A stretch of DNA of 64,000 nt from Planctomycetota bacterium (GTDB taxonomy: Bacteria; Planctomycetota; PLA2; JAEUHO01), in the NCBI GenBank assembly GCA_965222115.1, contig CBDCTJ010000003.1:1-64000 (forward strand), given 5' to 3'. Position 1 is the stretch's first letter, and every line of letters starts with the position of its first letter. The notes below the pieces were generated by a model. It was not told the origin of the DNA, ran no database searches, and saw only the letters and a list, made by a program, of their open reading frames with translations. Below are positions 1-10,782 of the stretch, piece by piece. A program made the translations under genes and the position numbers.

Positions 1-1098
1 CGCGCGCTTCTTCGCGCCCTTCTTTTGGGCGGGCCTTCTCGACCGACGCGCCTTCTTAGCGGACGCCTTTCGCTTGCGAGTTCCCGACGAACGGGCCTTT
101 CGTTTTGCCGCCTTCTTCCTTGAGGACGCGGCCTTCTTCTTCCGACGCGCGCGCTTCTTCGTGGCCTTCTTGCGCTCTTTCTTTGTGACGCGGGACTTCG
201 CCGATCGTTTTCGGGAACGCGCACCCTTCGATAGGGCAAGCACCATGGTTGAACCGAGATCGGCCGGGCTCTCTGCGACGAATATCCCGGCGGCGCGCAT
301 GGCCTCCATCTTCTCAAGTGCCGTGCCTTTGCCGCCCGCAATGATTGCGCCGGCGTGGCCCATTCGCTTACCGGGTGGTGCGGTGCGACCCGCGACAAAG
401 CCCACCACCGGTTTGGTCACATGCGCCTTCACGAACGCAGCGGCCTCTTCCTCGGCCGTGCCCCCGATTTCACCAATCATCAAAATCGCGTCGGTTTTGG
501 GGTCTTCTTGAAAGAGCTTCAATGCGTCGATGTGGGTCGTGCCAATCACGGGGTCGCCGCCGATGCCGACGCACGTGCTTTGACCGAGCTTCAATTCGGA
601 AAGCTGCCACACCGCTTCATAGGTCAATGTACCGGACCGAGACACCACGCCAATGCGCCCGGGTCGATGAATAAACCCGGGCATAATCCCGACCTTACAT
701 TTCTCACCAGGACTGATGACACCGGGACAGTTGGGGCCCACCATGCGCGCCCCGGCCGCCGTCACGATGCGCTTCATGCGTGCCTCGTCGAGTGCGGCTA
801 TGCCTTCGGTGATGCACACCACGAGTTTAATACCCGCTTCGACCGCCTCCTCAACGGCATCGGCTGCGAAGGGCGCGGGCACGAAGATCATCGATGTGTT
901 CGCACCGTGAGACTCGACCGCTTCACGAACCGTATTGAGAACGGGAATGCCCGATACGCGCTTACCGCCGCGACCGGGTGTAACGCCAGCAACCACGTTG
1001 GTGCCGTAGTCACGGCACGCGAGCGTGTGGAGCTTGCCTGCGTCGCCGGTTATGCCCTGAGTGACAACACGCGTTTTCTTTCCAACAAGAATGCTCAC
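1..1098 (-). CDS. sucD: Succinate--CoA ligase alpha subunit, 3'-partial, with long Lys/Arg-rich C-terminal tail
   Basis: Missing from the ORF track because no stop lies inside the window. Manual translation from GTG 1098: [17 protein letters not shown]...GPNCPG...SRSGTLTYE...GIGGDP...GKRMGHAGA. The start overlaps the sucC stop (GTGA). Confidence 0.96.
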   Translation of the reverse strand, partial: MSILVGKKTRVVTQGITGDAGKLHTLACRDYGTNVVAGVTPGRGGKRVSGIPVLNTVREAVESHGANTSMIFVPAPFAADAVEEAVEAGIKLVVCITEGIAALDEARMKRIVTAAGARMVGPNCPGVISPGEKCKVGIMPGFIHRPGRIGVVSRSGTLTYEAVWQLSELKLGQSTCVGIGGDPVIGTTHIDALKLFQEDPKTDAILMIGEIGGTAEEEAAAFVKAHVTKPVVGFVAGRTAPPGKRMGHAGAIIAGGKGTALEKMEAMRAAGIFVAESPADLGSTMVLALSKGARSRKRSAKSRVTKKERKKATKKRARRKKKAASSRKKAAKRKARSSGTRKRKASAKKARRSRRPAQKKGAKKRA

Positions 1099-2255
1099 GA
1101 CACGGCCTCCACGATTTTCTCTGCGGCGTCTGCCATGTCGTCGGCCGGAATGATCTGGAGACCACTCTTCTCAAGCAGGGCTTTGCCCTTCTTTACATTG
1201 GTTCCGTTGAGTCGCACCACCAAGGGACATTCAAGTCCGAGGGCGCGAGAGGCCTCGATCACACCGTTGGCAATCACGTCGCAACGCATGATGCCGCCAA
1301 AGATATTGACCAAAATGCCCTTCACCGCGGGATCCTCAAGAATGATTTGAAACGCCGTAGTGACTTGCTCGGTGGTGGCGCTTCCACCCACATCCAAGAA
1401 GTTGGCAGGCTCGCCGCCGTGCAGCTTGATGATGTCCATCGTGGCCATGGCCAGGCCCGCGCCATTGACCAAACACCCGATGTTTCCATCGAGGTTTACG
1501 TAGGAAAGCCCGGCCTTCTTCGCTCGCAATTCCGTGGGGTCTTCTTCGCTCTCGTCGCGCAGTTTACTGAGCCTCTTGTGGCGAAACATGGCGTTGTCAT
1601 CGATGGTCATTTTGCCGTCGAGGCAAATCACGCGACCGTCTTTGGTCGTGATCAGAGGATTGACTTCCACGAGACTGGCATCGTTCTTGAGATACACGTC
1701 CGCAAGCCCTCGGAGGACACCGGCGAACGCGCGCTGCAGTTCCTTTGGAATCTTGAGCCCATAAGTTGCACGACGCGCGCGGAAATCGGCGAGCCCGCGA
1801 ACGGGGTCCACGATCTCTTTCAAAATCTTGTGCGGACGCTTTGCCGCCACCTCTTCAATGTCCATGCCACCTTCAGACGACACCATGAGCACCGGAAGTT
1901 CACGCTGACGATCGAGCACGATGGCCGCGTAATACTCCTTGAGAATGGGAAGGCCTTCTTCCACGAGCACCTTGCGGACGATGGTTCCGTCCGGTGCGTT
2001 CTGCTTGGTCACGAGCGGCTTGCCCAGTAGCGAGCGTGCAACGTAGCTCGCCTCATCCCCTGAGCGCACGAGCTTAACGCCGCCGGCTTTCCCTCGTCCG
2101 CCCGCGTGAATCTGTGCTTTGACGACGGCGAGATCGCCGCCCAACTTCTTGAACGCCATCTTTGCTGCCTTGGGCTTCTTCGCCACAATCCCCTCGGGGA
2201 CTGGCAGCCCGGCCTCGGCAAAGACGCCTTTGGCCTGATACTCGTGAAGTTTCAC
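1095..2255 (-). CDS. sucC: Succinate--CoA ligase beta subunit
   Basis: [47 protein letters not shown] start at 2255 preceded by GGAGG. Confidence 0.97.
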   Translation of the reverse strand: MKLHEYQAKGVFAEAGLPVPEGIVAKKPKAAKMAFKKLGGDLAVVKAQIHAGGRGKAGGVKLVRSGDEASYVARSLLGKPLVTKQNAPDGTIVRKVLVEEGLPILKEYYAAIVLDRQRELPVLMVSSEGGMDIEEVAAKRPHKILKEIVDPVRGLADFRARRATYGLKIPKELQRAFAGVLRGLADVYLKNDASLVEVNPLITTKDGRVICLDGKMTIDDNAMFRHKRLSKLRDESEEDPTELRAKKAGLSYVNLDGNIGCLVNGAGLAMATMDIIKLHGGEPANFLDVGGSATTEQVTTAFQIILEDPAVKGILVNIFGGIMRCDVIANGVIEASRALGLECPLVVRLNGTNVKKGKALLEKSGLQIIPADDMADAAEKIVEAVS

Positions 2256-2391
2256 GCGGACCTCCGTCGCACCCACCTCGGGCGCGCGGGAATCCTAGCC
2301 CGGATTGCTCAGATGCCCCACTCCACGAATAGAGGGGAGGACGTGAAGATTTGGCCGTCGCGACTTTCGTCGAAGCGGTCCTAGCCCCAAC

Positions 2392-3960
2392 TTAGCCGCC
2401 GGTCACGGGACCGATGGGCACGAGCCCTCGGGTAGCGCGCTTCAGGAACAGTAACGCGAAACACGTATCTAGAACGTCGTAGGGCTCATGCGTCGTTTTC
2501 GTATTCCAGAACACGCCGGGGGCTTCACGGGTCTTACCGCGCTTGCCATCCAGAAACTTGACGTTGACGGGCTTTTGCCGCCGCAACAACTGCTTGGCGC
2601 CCTCGACATACCACATGTGTTTGCCGACAAGGCGCTTGCCCAAAATGTCCATCGCGCGCTCAAGGCAATACAGATAGTAAACGTGGTATCCGTTCTTTAC
2701 TGGATTGGCAAAGGACGACCAGTGGCGATCGAGCCATGCCAGCCCGTCCCAGACCGCCGTTTCCATTTTCTTTGGCAGCGGCCCGTCCATGAAGCGCTTG
2801 CGGGCCTTCTTGCTCTTGTGATTGGCAAGAATCTGCTTGGCCATGAGGAGATTGGCGATGCCGCATGCGGTCATCGCGCCCGTAGCTTTACCTTCGCTGT
2901 GACTAGGCGAACCCTTCAGGTAGCAAAAACCACGCGCATGGTCGATGGGCTTCGCATACCGACCGTCTTGGTAGATGGGGTCGTGGCGTTCGTGTTTCGG
3001 CCCCTCTTCCTCCTGGTTTCCTAAGGTGTACTCGATAATCCGAAACCACGTATCTGGATCGGTATGGACGCCAAATCGTTGGGCGCTAAATAGTGCCAGC
3101 GCCGCTAACTGAGTGCTGGAAAGATCGGTGTTTCCGTGAACGCCCGGTCCGCCTTTTTGCAGCGTGTGAATCGTCCCACCTTTGCGACCGCCACCACCGC
3201 GCTTGATTTGAGGGACGTTGTAGCGCCACAGTTGTGACTTGTCATCCGCGTTGGGCAGACCGCGGCGACTCTCAAGCGCCCTCACCATTTCCTGGAGCCA
3301 TTCCTTGTCCTCCGGATCTTTGATTCGGAGCTTACCCGCTTTCTTTGCCCGACGCGATCTCGCAGACTTCTTGAAATGGTCGTACTTGGCCGTGAGCGCC
3401 AGAATCATGACGGAGAGTTCATAGCTCGATGCGGCTTCCGTAAGGCGCCACGAGTAACCCTTTCCGTTGACGTCATCGAACTCGGTCGTGATCTTATGCT
3501 TGTTCTGCAAAAAGTTGAACCCGCGCTCAATGACAGGATGCTTGGGACTCACGCCGCACTTCAAGAGTGTGTATAGCGCCAAGGCCGTTGGACCAGCGGG
3601 ATGCCGATAGGGCTTGCCTTTCTTGCCTCCATAAAACGTCTTGCCCTTGATAAAGCCCCAGTGGGCTACTTTGGGATCGTCGGCGCCCGGCATGTCGGCC
3701 AACTTGGGACGTGCAAGCAACCAGTGCGTCCCTTCTTCGATTGCCTTGTTCACGCGTTCCGCAAACGGCACGTTTTTGTCACCGAGATCCGGCCCCGCAT
3801 CGGGCGTGTCGTCCTCAGTCGGTTCGCCGTCTTTGCCATCTTGCCCTTTTTCGGCGTAGGCAGAACTGATCCATGCAGCGTCGCCCGCCGGGTTGATTCC
3901 AGCGGACCAACCCGTGAGGCAAAGCAACGCGATCGCAAGGGTTAGGTGCCTTCGTTGCAT
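2392..3960 (-). CDS. Secreted prenyltransferase/squalene-oxidase-repeat (alpha/alpha barrel) protein
   Basis: Signal-like N-terminus. Motifs TALALYTLLKCG, DLSSTQLAALAL, AMTACGIANL, YYLYCLERA, DTCFALLFL. Confidence 0.7.
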   Translation of the reverse strand: MQRRHLTLAIALLCLTGWSAGINPAGDAAWISSAYAEKGQDGKDGEPTEDDTPDAGPDLGDKNVPFAERVNKAIEEGTHWLLARPKLADMPGADDPKVAHWGFIKGKTFYGGKKGKPYRHPAGPTALALYTLLKCGVSPKHPVIERGFNFLQNKHKITTEFDDVNGKGYSWRLTEAASSYELSVMILALTAKYDHFKKSARSRRAKKAGKLRIKDPEDKEWLQEMVRALESRRGLPNADDKSQLWRYNVPQIKRGGGGRKGGTIHTLQKGGPGVHGNTDLSSTQLAALALFSAQRFGVHTDPDTWFRIIEYTLGNQEEEGPKHERHDPIYQDGRYAKPIDHARGFCYLKGSPSHSEGKATGAMTACGIANLLMAKQILANHKSKKARKRFMDGPLPKKMETAVWDGLAWLDRHWSSFANPVKNGYHVYYLYCLERAMDILGKRLVGKHMWYVEGAKQLLRRQKPVNVKFLDGKRGKTREAPGVFWNTKTTHEPYDVLDTCFALLFLKRATRGLVPIGPVTGG

Positions 3961-4062
3961 GGCGGTCTCCAGGGACGGGTCACGTTCAAAGAAATGGTAA
4001 CGAGAGGCGCGTCGAAGTCGTCGCCGATGTTGAAACCGGTCGACCAAAATCCTGGCAAACGC

Positions 4063-4746
4063 CTACTTCTTAGGACGTAGGGACTCAACCGGGGGAAACG
4101 TCTCCTGAAGTCGCTCGTATTCATTGCGATAGTATTCGCTGCGCCCGCGACCGAGACTCGACAGGGCCTTGTGGCGATCCGCAAGGGCTTCAAAGTACTT
4201 CTTGCGCGCCGCGCTGTAGCTGCCGTCATCATTCCCGCCCAGGACGTGTTCGCGCAACGCATACAGGCGGGTGCGTTCCAAATGCTCTTCGCTTGTAGTG
4301 CGCATGCTGAAGAGCGACTCCAACCGCTTGACCTCGCGGTCGAGGTATGCCGCGAGTTGCGTGTGGTAACTCTCGTCGTCCAACTCGCCGGCGATGTGAC
4401 GCCAATGCAGTACCTGCATGGCGATCTGTTCTACATTTCGTTCCGAGATCTCGCCTCGCTTTTGCGCCTCAATGGCGCTTCGCCAGTCCTCGACAACGCG
4501 GTTGCGCTTCCGTCGTCGCTCGGCCTCGTTCATCAACTCATGCTCGGTCGGGACGGTGAGGCTCCACATGGGCATATCGGGTGGAGCCTCAATCGGCCCG
4601 GCGGGCAGTGGTGTAGGCAGCGCAACGAGCGGCACCGTGCGCGCGCGCCCAAACGCGACGTAGAGGATTGCGACGAGGATGATTGCCGCCAGAATGCTCG
4701 TCGCACGTGTGCTGGATGCGCGAGGGCGAACGGCACGAGTGCTCAA
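4063..4746 (-). CDS. Hypothetical membrane-anchored helical protein
   Basis: 227-aa ORF: N-terminal hydrophobic segment, Pro-rich linker, charged helical remainder. Confidence 0.6.
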   Translation of the reverse strand: MSTRAVRPRASSTRATSILAAIILVAILYVAFGRARTVPLVALPTPLPAGPIEAPPDMPMWSLTVPTEHELMNEAERRRKRNRVVEDWRSAIEAQKRGEISERNVEQIAMQVLHWRHIAGELDDESYHTQLAAYLDREVKRLESLFSMRTTSEEHLERTRLYALREHVLGGNDDGSYSAARKKYFEALADRHKALSSLGRGRSEYYRNEYERLQETFPPVESLRPKK

Positions 4747-4761
4747 CGACGTTTCTCCGCT

Positions 4762-4815
4762 ACGGGTTTTAGAATCGGCACGGGTCTTAGAATCGGTACG
4801 GGTCTTGGAGTCGGT
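4762..4815. repeat. Three imperfect 18-bp tandem repeats (ACGGGTCTTAGAATCGGT) in a divergent intergenic region
   Basis: acgggttttagaatcggc / acgggtcttagaatcggt / acgggtcttggagtcggt. Confidence 0.85.
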
Positions 4816-4818
4816 TCA

Positions 4819-5814
4819 ATGCTTGGATCTGTTTCGTCGCAACCGTTTACCAGTGGCATCCTCTGTAGCAATGCGCTCGGTGACAGCCACGATCGAGAGC
4901 CCATTGTCTATACACCGCCAGGGTATGACCCCGAAGGGTCGAACGAATATCCGGTGCTTTATGCGCTGGCCGGCTTCACGGGGTCGGCACGGTCCTTTCT
5001 CAACTACGACTGGTATTCCGAGACACTACCCGAGCGGGTAGATCGCTTGATCCGCGAAGACAAGATGCCGCCGGTGGTCGTGGTCATGGTCGATGCCATG
5101 ACGCGCATCGGGGGAAATCAATACATCGACTCCCCGGCGGTGGGCATGTGGGCCACACACATCGTGGCCGAGTTGGTCCCGTGGGTCGAATCGAAGTTCC
5201 GCGTGCGCCGCGACCGCATGGGCCGCGGCGTCTTTGGCAAGAGCAGTGGCGGCTACGGTTCGATGATGATGGCGCTTGAGCATGCGGACACCTTCTCCGC
5301 GGCCGCAAGCATCTCAGGGGATTGCTACTTCGAGTACGCCTACGCGGCCGACTTTCCCAAGGCCATTGATGGGCTACACGCGGCGGGTGGGTTACGCCGC
5401 TTTTTGAAAGAACTCCATTCTCACAGTCGTTTTCCCGGTCACCTTTTCTCGGCACTGAACACGGTTGCCATGTCTCACTTTTATAGCCCGTCCACAGAGA
5501 CCGAGCATGGCTTCGAATTGCCCTTCGACCCCGACACCGGCGAACGCCGCAACGACGTTTGGGCCCGCTGGCTCACCCGCGATCCCGTTCGCCTCGTGCA
5601 ACCGATGGCCGAGTCACTCAAGACACTTCAATTGCTGTGGATCGAATGCGGATCCAAAGACGAATGGAATCTTCACCACAGCAATCGGATCCTGCACAAG
5701 CGACTTGGCGAGGCCGAGGTGCCGCATGAGTATCAAGAGTTTGACGACGGCCATCGTTCACTCAACTATCGATACGATGCATGCCTACCCGCACTGGCGC
5801 GAGCGATTAGTTAA
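4819..5814 (+). CDS. Alpha/beta-hydrolase, enterochelin-esterase (Fes)-like
   Basis: VYTPPGY..YPVLY, nucleophile motif GKSSGG, C-terminal EFDDGH. The upstream part of the 547-aa track ORF is antisense to the previous gene. Confidence 0.85.
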   Translation: MLGSVSSQPFTSGILCSNALGDSHDREPIVYTPPGYDPEGSNEYPVLYALAGFTGSARSFLNYDWYSETLPERVDRLIREDKMPPVVVVMVDAMTRIGGNQYIDSPAVGMWATHIVAELVPWVESKFRVRRDRMGRGVFGKSSGGYGSMMMALEHADTFSAAASISGDCYFEYAYAADFPKAIDGLHAAGGLRRFLKELHSHSRFPGHLFSALNTVAMSHFYSPSTETEHGFELPFDPDTGERRNDVWARWLTRDPVRLVQPMAESLKTLQLLWIECGSKDEWNLHHSNRILHKRLGEAEVPHEYQEFDDGHRSLNYRYDACLPALARAIS

Positions 5815-5821
5815 AGATGTT

Positions 5822-6268
5822 TCACAGGTCCTGCCAAAGCCCGTGCTGCGTGCCACCAAGGATGTAGATGGCGAAGGTGCCTTGACCCGGAACCTCCATG
5901 GGTGGATGCGCAACAGTCGCGCCTGCCGACTCAGCCTGCTTGATGGCAGATTCTATGTCGTCCACCAACATGTAGGCACGGACAATCGGCTGATCGTGTT
6001 CGGCCAATGGTGCACGAACACCGATTCGATTGCCTTCCGTGCGCATCGCGACGCGTGCGTTTCCAAGCTCCGCCACCGGTTCACCAAACTCGACATCGTG
6101 AATCGCCGATAGCGTGGAGCAGGTCCCGTCGACGTCGTTCGTTACGTATTCAAGATAGCGAACCAGCGCGGCTCCCCCAAAGTCAACACTGCTTTTGGAA
6201 TTCAGCGCTTCCCTCCCACAAGATGTGCCCAAGAGGCACGCCAAAACAACGATGAGGGCTATACGCAT
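5822..6268 (-). CDS. VOC/glyoxalase-family lipoprotein
   Basis: Lipobox LGTSC. YMLVDDIESAIKQAESAGATVAHPPMEVPGQGTFA resembles a VOC C-terminal half. Confidence 0.75.
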   Translation of the reverse strand: MRIALIVVLACLLGTSCGREALNSKSSVDFGGAALVRYLEYVTNDVDGTCSTLSAIHDVEFGEPVAELGNARVAMRTEGNRIGVRAPLAEHDQPIVRAYMLVDDIESAIKQAESAGATVAHPPMEVPGQGTFAIYILGGTQHGLWQDL

Positions 6269-6380
6269 GTGATGATGCTACTGCGCAATCAGTGATAGGA
6301 CAATTTCCATAGACGTTTAGCCCCAGGACTGCACGCTCGACACCTACACGAGCGCGCAAGAGGAGCGCAATACCTACTCG

Positions 6381-6863
6381 ATGCTGCTCATCTTCGCATC
6401 CATTCCTTTTGTGTACTTTGTCTGGGCTCTCCTCTCGCAGGGCCATCGCGAAACACCACGGAGCCCGCTCATCCAAGGACTCGGATGGGTATGCCTTTGG
6501 GCGCTACTCGGAACGATTGCTGGGATGTTTATCTACGGGCACGCATCCAAAGCACTTTCAGGAGGCTTCGTAACTGGTCTGGGTGAAATCGTATTGTTCC
6601 TACCCATAGCCTGGTGGGTCATGCTCGGTGGATACACCGTAAAGGAACTCTTCGAGGCGACCGCGGGACACCGTCAGTCCACGCTCGACAATTGGCACTA
6701 CTTCTACCTGTTGACGTGGATTCAGCTCTTTATCCTGGCTTATTTGATTTCGAAACGCGTTCAGACAAAGCGACTGACCCACGATCCCATCGCGTGGATC
6801 GTGGCCGCCATCGTCTTCGTCAATGCCATTCTGTGCGGAGGCTGGAAGTGGTGGGGTACATAA
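6381..6863 (+). CDS. Hypothetical multi-pass membrane protein
   Basis: About 5 hydrophobic segments, AGGAG upstream. Confidence 0.65.
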   Translation: MLLIFASIPFVYFVWALLSQGHRETPRSPLIQGLGWVCLWALLGTIAGMFIYGHASKALSGGFVTGLGEIVLFLPIAWWVMLGGYTVKELFEATAGHRQSTLDNWHYFYLLTWIQLFILAYLISKRVQTKRLTHDPIAWIVAAIVFVNAILCGGWKWWGT

Positions 6864-7026
6864 CGCCAACTTGCGCCCGCGGATTCCAAGGCAGTTCAGG
6901 AACCGGGTTAGGAAAGGGATTCAGCTTCAGAAGAGGATAAGGGAAGGGATGCGACCGAAATTGACAAGTACTCCACATCTTCGGCTGCGCTTGGTAGCCT
7001 TGGCGCCCTTGGTGAGATCCTCTTCT

Positions 7027-8295
7027 TTACCGCCGCGCGAGTGTGCGATCGTCCTCTGCCGGCGCCACGTCTTCTTGCGCACCGGGCACGGGTAACTCGC
7101 TGAAACGCAAGGTTTCAACGACGTGGCGCTTGTTCGCACCACCTGTGTGCAAGTCGCGCCGTCGAGTACCGTGAATCATCTCGGTTTCGGCATCGAAATG
7201 AATGAGGACGCGTTCATCGACACGTATGTCTTGCGTGGCCTCGCTACCGGGAAGCATGGATGCAATGCGATCGCGTGGAGTCGACGAGGCCTTTGAACGC
7301 GTGCCAATGGTCTTTTGTGAGGAATAGACCAATCCAACGACCGCGTCGTGTTCGTTGCGGTAGATGTCCATGTCTTGCACATCGACTGCGGGAAGCGTTG
7401 CACGTGCGCCCGTTGACGCTCGACCGCCTGTGGTCGGGACGTCTACGCGCCGCGTAACCGTCTCTCCGGGGCGAAGGGAAACTCCGCAGGCTGCATACAC
7501 CTGATTCCAGTCACCGAGCAAGACAGGTTCGACTACCGCGCGCCGAAGCAGGCGGCGTTCAATCGCTTCGAGATCGACGGGTTTCTTTGTCTCTCGTTGG
7601 TAGCGAAGCGCGCGTGCGCGGTGGAAGCGAGCTAGGGCGTCGCGCACTTCCATCCAGTTCAAAATTGACGTAGCCGTGCCGTCGCTCTGTACGGCAATAC
7701 GCAAGACGCCGCCACCCACCGAATCGCGAACCGCGGCGTTGGCGGCAGTCGGTGGATAACAGGCAACGCGACGACTTCCCCGTTCAAGTGCCAGCCAATG
7801 TAGCTCCGCCACATAGCCATCGCCGTACAGGGAGACGATTTCAACGTCGATGTCGGCCGCAAACGTATTTGACTGCTTCGAATCCTTCTGACTCTGTCTT
7901 CGATCCATGCGTTCTCGAACCGTGCGCTCGATTCGAAGCCGAAAGCGATCGCCCACGCGGTGCGCGAATGGAATCGTTTGCGCGGGGGGGACCTCTGTTG
8001 AGTCCCGAGTGTCCATGCCGATAGCCGCATCGATCGGGGCATCGGCGAAGGGAAGTTCAAGAATCTCCGTTGCGCTGGTAGGAACCTGAGACGCAGACGG
8101 TGCAACGGCAACCTCGGTCGCACCCCATACGCCGTCGGATGCCATGGCTTGCCCGGGACCAACGGCGAGCCCCTGTACGAACAAGAGGGCGATAGCCGCA
8201 ACAAGCGAGTGGAGGCGGTATCGACGACGACCGCTAGACGAAATGCACGCCGACTCGGTGCAAATCGTCTCGACTGGCTTCTCGGCGAGGGGCAT
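7027..8295 (-). CDS. Hypothetical exported protein (start uncertain)
   Basis: Long ORF with signal-like RRRYRLHSLVAAIALLFV...AMA segment. Confidence 0.55.
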   Translation of the reverse strand: MPLAEKPVETICTESACISSSGRRRYRLHSLVAAIALLFVQGLAVGPGQAMASDGVWGATEVAVAPSASQVPTSATEILELPFADAPIDAAIGMDTRDSTEVPPAQTIPFAHRVGDRFRLRIERTVRERMDRRQSQKDSKQSNTFAADIDVEIVSLYGDGYVAELHWLALERGSRRVACYPPTAANAAVRDSVGGGVLRIAVQSDGTATSILNWMEVRDALARFHRARALRYQRETKKPVDLEAIERRLLRRAVVEPVLLGDWNQVYAACGVSLRPGETVTRRVDVPTTGGRASTGARATLPAVDVQDMDIYRNEHDAVVGLVYSSQKTIGTRSKASSTPRDRIASMLPGSEATQDIRVDERVLIHFDAETEMIHGTRRRDLHTGGANKRHVVETLRFSELPVPGAQEDVAPAEDDRTLARR

Positions 8296-8548
8296 GACGT
8301 TGCATTCTGCACGCGGCGTGCCGGGAGGCGAGCCTGGTGCGATGAGATGTCCGCTAACGTTGATTTTTTGCGGGTCGCTGGCTGTTGTCGGTGTCGACGT
8401 GGGCCGCCCCCGGTGTCCACCCACGTGACAACGGGAGTTCACGGATGAGGACACCACTTCCGAATGCTGGGCTTGCCGGCCTTCTCTCATCTAACTTCCC
8501 GATCGTGCATGCCTCGAAGAAGTGACCGCCGGATGTGCGGGCTCTGCG

Positions 8549-9259
8549 TCATCCTGCGTTCCAGACCCATCGACTGCCGTTCCAACGCAGCGATCCGTGA
8601 ATGGAGAGCGCCTTGTCGCGCGCTTCGGCGTCGTCGCCCCGGCCACGCACGGCGTTCCCCATTGCTTGTACGTAGAGGCGGACCGGCTGTTTGCGACTGC
8701 TGGTCTTGGCAAGTCGAAGTCGCAGTCGCTTCCGCGCAGTCACCGTGAGTCCCGTTCCAATCAATACGCGCGGGTTCGTCTTCGCGCTTGCCCCTTCTGG
8801 ATTCCCGCGATAGGTCAGCGTGACGACCAGATCGTCGCCGTACTTCTTGTCGGTGCGATGAACAAGTCCGCTGTACTGGTTTACCGTGAGGACTTGGCTG
8901 AAGAACTCTTTGCTCACCACAACGTCCACATTGTCGCCAAGGATCCACTGCGCATTGCGATGATGAATCCACGCACGCACGGGCTGGAGATCGGTGGGCG
9001 TGAGTTTTACGAAGCCACGCCCGCCTCGCGGAGGGGATGCGTTCTGACTCACCACCGGACGTCGATTGGTGCGCGCCGGCCGGCGCGCTTTAGGTGATTG
9101 CGAACGAATCACAGGTCGCGCCGTACTGCCTTGATTGGTATAGCCCATTCGATCCGACAGGTACGGACCGTGGCACCCGGCCAATGCCAGCGCGCTGACC
9201 CAAAGGCACGCAACCCGTAGTGTCAGCGGCAAGAGATTGATGAATCCGCGGGGCAGCAT
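8549..9259 (-). CDS. Hypothetical basic lipoprotein
   Basis: GGAGG-preceded ATG, lipobox LAGC. Confidence 0.65.
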   Translation of the reverse strand: MLPRGFINLLPLTLRVACLWVSALALAGCHGPYLSDRMGYTNQGSTARPVIRSQSPKARRPARTNRRPVVSQNASPPRGGRGFVKLTPTDLQPVRAWIHHRNAQWILGDNVDVVVSKEFFSQVLTVNQYSGLVHRTDKKYGDDLVVTLTYRGNPEGASAKTNPRVLIGTGLTVTARKRLRLRLAKTSSRKQPVRLYVQAMGNAVRGRGDDAEARDKALSIHGSLRWNGSRWVWNAG

Positions 9260-9379
9260 GGGGTGTCCTCCATACAAGAACCTACCCCCCACTTGCATGG
9301 GTCCAAGCACCGAATGTCAATCAGCAACAACTTCACACACAACGCGGGTGAAATGTCATGGAAATGTCGCCGCGTGTGA

Positions 9380-10018
9380 CTACCGATTGGCGGTGGCGCC
9401 CATGTGCTCAAGATGATGCCCGACCCAGCGGCCCAAAATGTCTAGCTCTACATTCACGCGCTCGCCGACGGCAAGTCCACCCAAGGTCGTGACGGCCAAC
9501 GTATGAGGAATCAAGTAGACCGCAAATCGGCCGATCGCGTCGCTCGCTGATTCTTGCCACACCTCCCCAAGTGTGAGGCTGACGCCATCAAGCGTGATGG
9601 ACCCCTTGGGAAGCAGACCACTCAACATGGACTCGTCGATGGCGAAAACCAGCCGTTCGTCGCCTTCGCGAGCCGTGCGTTCGACAAGTGTTGCCGTGCC
9701 ATCTACATGCCCCTGAACCCAGTGGCCGCCCAATTCATCGCCGAGCTTCAGCGCACGTTCCAAGTTGACCGAGTCGCCTACCGATCGGGCGCCGAGCGTG
9801 GTCTTTCGCAACGTCTCGGGAATGACATCAAAATGGACGTGCTCATCTTGGTAGCTCACGACTGTGAGACACGTACCGCCAACCGCAATGCTGTCCCCCA
9901 CGCGCACACCATTGAGGGGCTCATCGATTTGAATCGACACGCGAACCACATCGCTTGCGTCGGGTAGCGGACCCAACGCACGAATAACGCCACGATGAGT
10001 AACAATGCCTGTGAACAT
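9380..10018 (-). CDS. ribE: Riboflavin synthase (alpha chain)
   Basis: MFTGIV start, GDSIAVGGTCLTV, VNLERAL, GHWVQGHVDG, VNVELD. ATG overlaps the trmD TAA (TAATG). Confidence 0.96.
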   Translation of the reverse strand: MFTGIVTHRGVIRALGPLPDASDVVRVSIQIDEPLNGVRVGDSIAVGGTCLTVVSYQDEHVHFDVIPETLRKTTLGARSVGDSVNLERALKLGDELGGHWVQGHVDGTATLVERTAREGDERLVFAIDESMLSGLLPKGSITLDGVSLTLGEVWQESASDAIGRFAVYLIPHTLAVTTLGGLAVGERVNVELDILGRWVGHHLEHMGATANR

Positions 10019-10782
10019 TACGTTGACTCCTTCGATTGCGTGCGGATGCGCTTCGAGACTTCGAGCTCGCATACGGATAACTCTTTCTGCAGTGCATCGC
10101 TCATGAGGTCGGGACGCAGTGCGGCCGTGCGCCGCAACGCCTGCATCCGCCGCCACGTTGCAATGGCGCCGTGATGACCGCTTAGTAGCACGTCGGGAAC
10201 GGCGCGACCTCCAAAGTCGGCGGGTTGTGTGTAGTGTGGATGATCAAGTACGCGCCCGTGTCCGGAAAAGGAATCTTCTTTGGCGCTACGCTCGTGCCCC
10301 AGGACGCCATCAACGAGTCGCGCGGTGGCATCGATCACCGCCATGGCAGCAACCTCACCGCCCGATAGTACATAGTCGCCAAGCGAAATGACGTCGGGCT
10401 GAATGACATCCAACGCGCGTTGATCGATGCCTTCGTAGCGACCGCAAAGAAGAATGAAACCCTCTGGTGAGGCGGCGAGCGACTCGGCGGTCGCTTGATC
10501 AAAGAGCCTGCCTTCAGGCGAAAGGAAAATCGTACGCACGCCGGGACGATGATTGGATTGGGTGGCCTCGACGGCGCGAATTACAGGTTCGGCCATGAGC
10601 ACCATGCCCGGCCCACCACCAAACGGGCGATCGTCAACCTGGACGTGCTTTCCGATGCCGAAGGAGCGCAGCGCCACGAGATCCACGCGAACGAGGCCGC
10701 GCGCCACCGCCCGGCCCAGCACCGTTGCACGAAGATAGGGCTCAAAGAGTTCGGGAAATAGGGTGATGACGCTGACGTGCAC
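10018..10782 (-). CDS. trmD: tRNA (guanine37-N1)-methyltransferase
   Basis: VITLFPE, VDDRPFGGGPGM, LCGRYEGIDQR, SLGDYVLSGGE, VPDVLLSGHH. Confidence 0.97.
   Translation of the reverse strand: MHVSVITLFPELFEPYLRATVLGRAVARGLVRVDLVALRSFGIGKHVQVDDRPFGGGPGMVLMAEPVIRAVEATQSNHRPGVRTIFLSPEGRLFDQATAESLAASPEGFILLCGRYEGIDQRALDVIQPDVISLGDYVLSGGEVAAMAVIDATARLVDGVLGHERSAKEDSFSGHGRVLDHPHYTQPADFGGRAVPDVLLSGHHGAIATWRRMQALRRTAALRPDLMSDALQKELSVCELEVSKRIRTQSKEST

Noticed and set aside
355-2030. 331-aa and 227-aa plus-strand ORFs
   Set aside because: Antisense shadows of sucD and sucC.
4171-4818. N-terminal extension of the esterase in the ORF track
   Set aside because: Overlaps the opposite-strand gene 4063-4746; hydrolase-like sequence starts near 4819.
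8300-8545. Riboswitch upstream of 7027-8295
   Set aside because: No match to cobalamin, FMN, TPP or SAM consensus cores that I can recognise.
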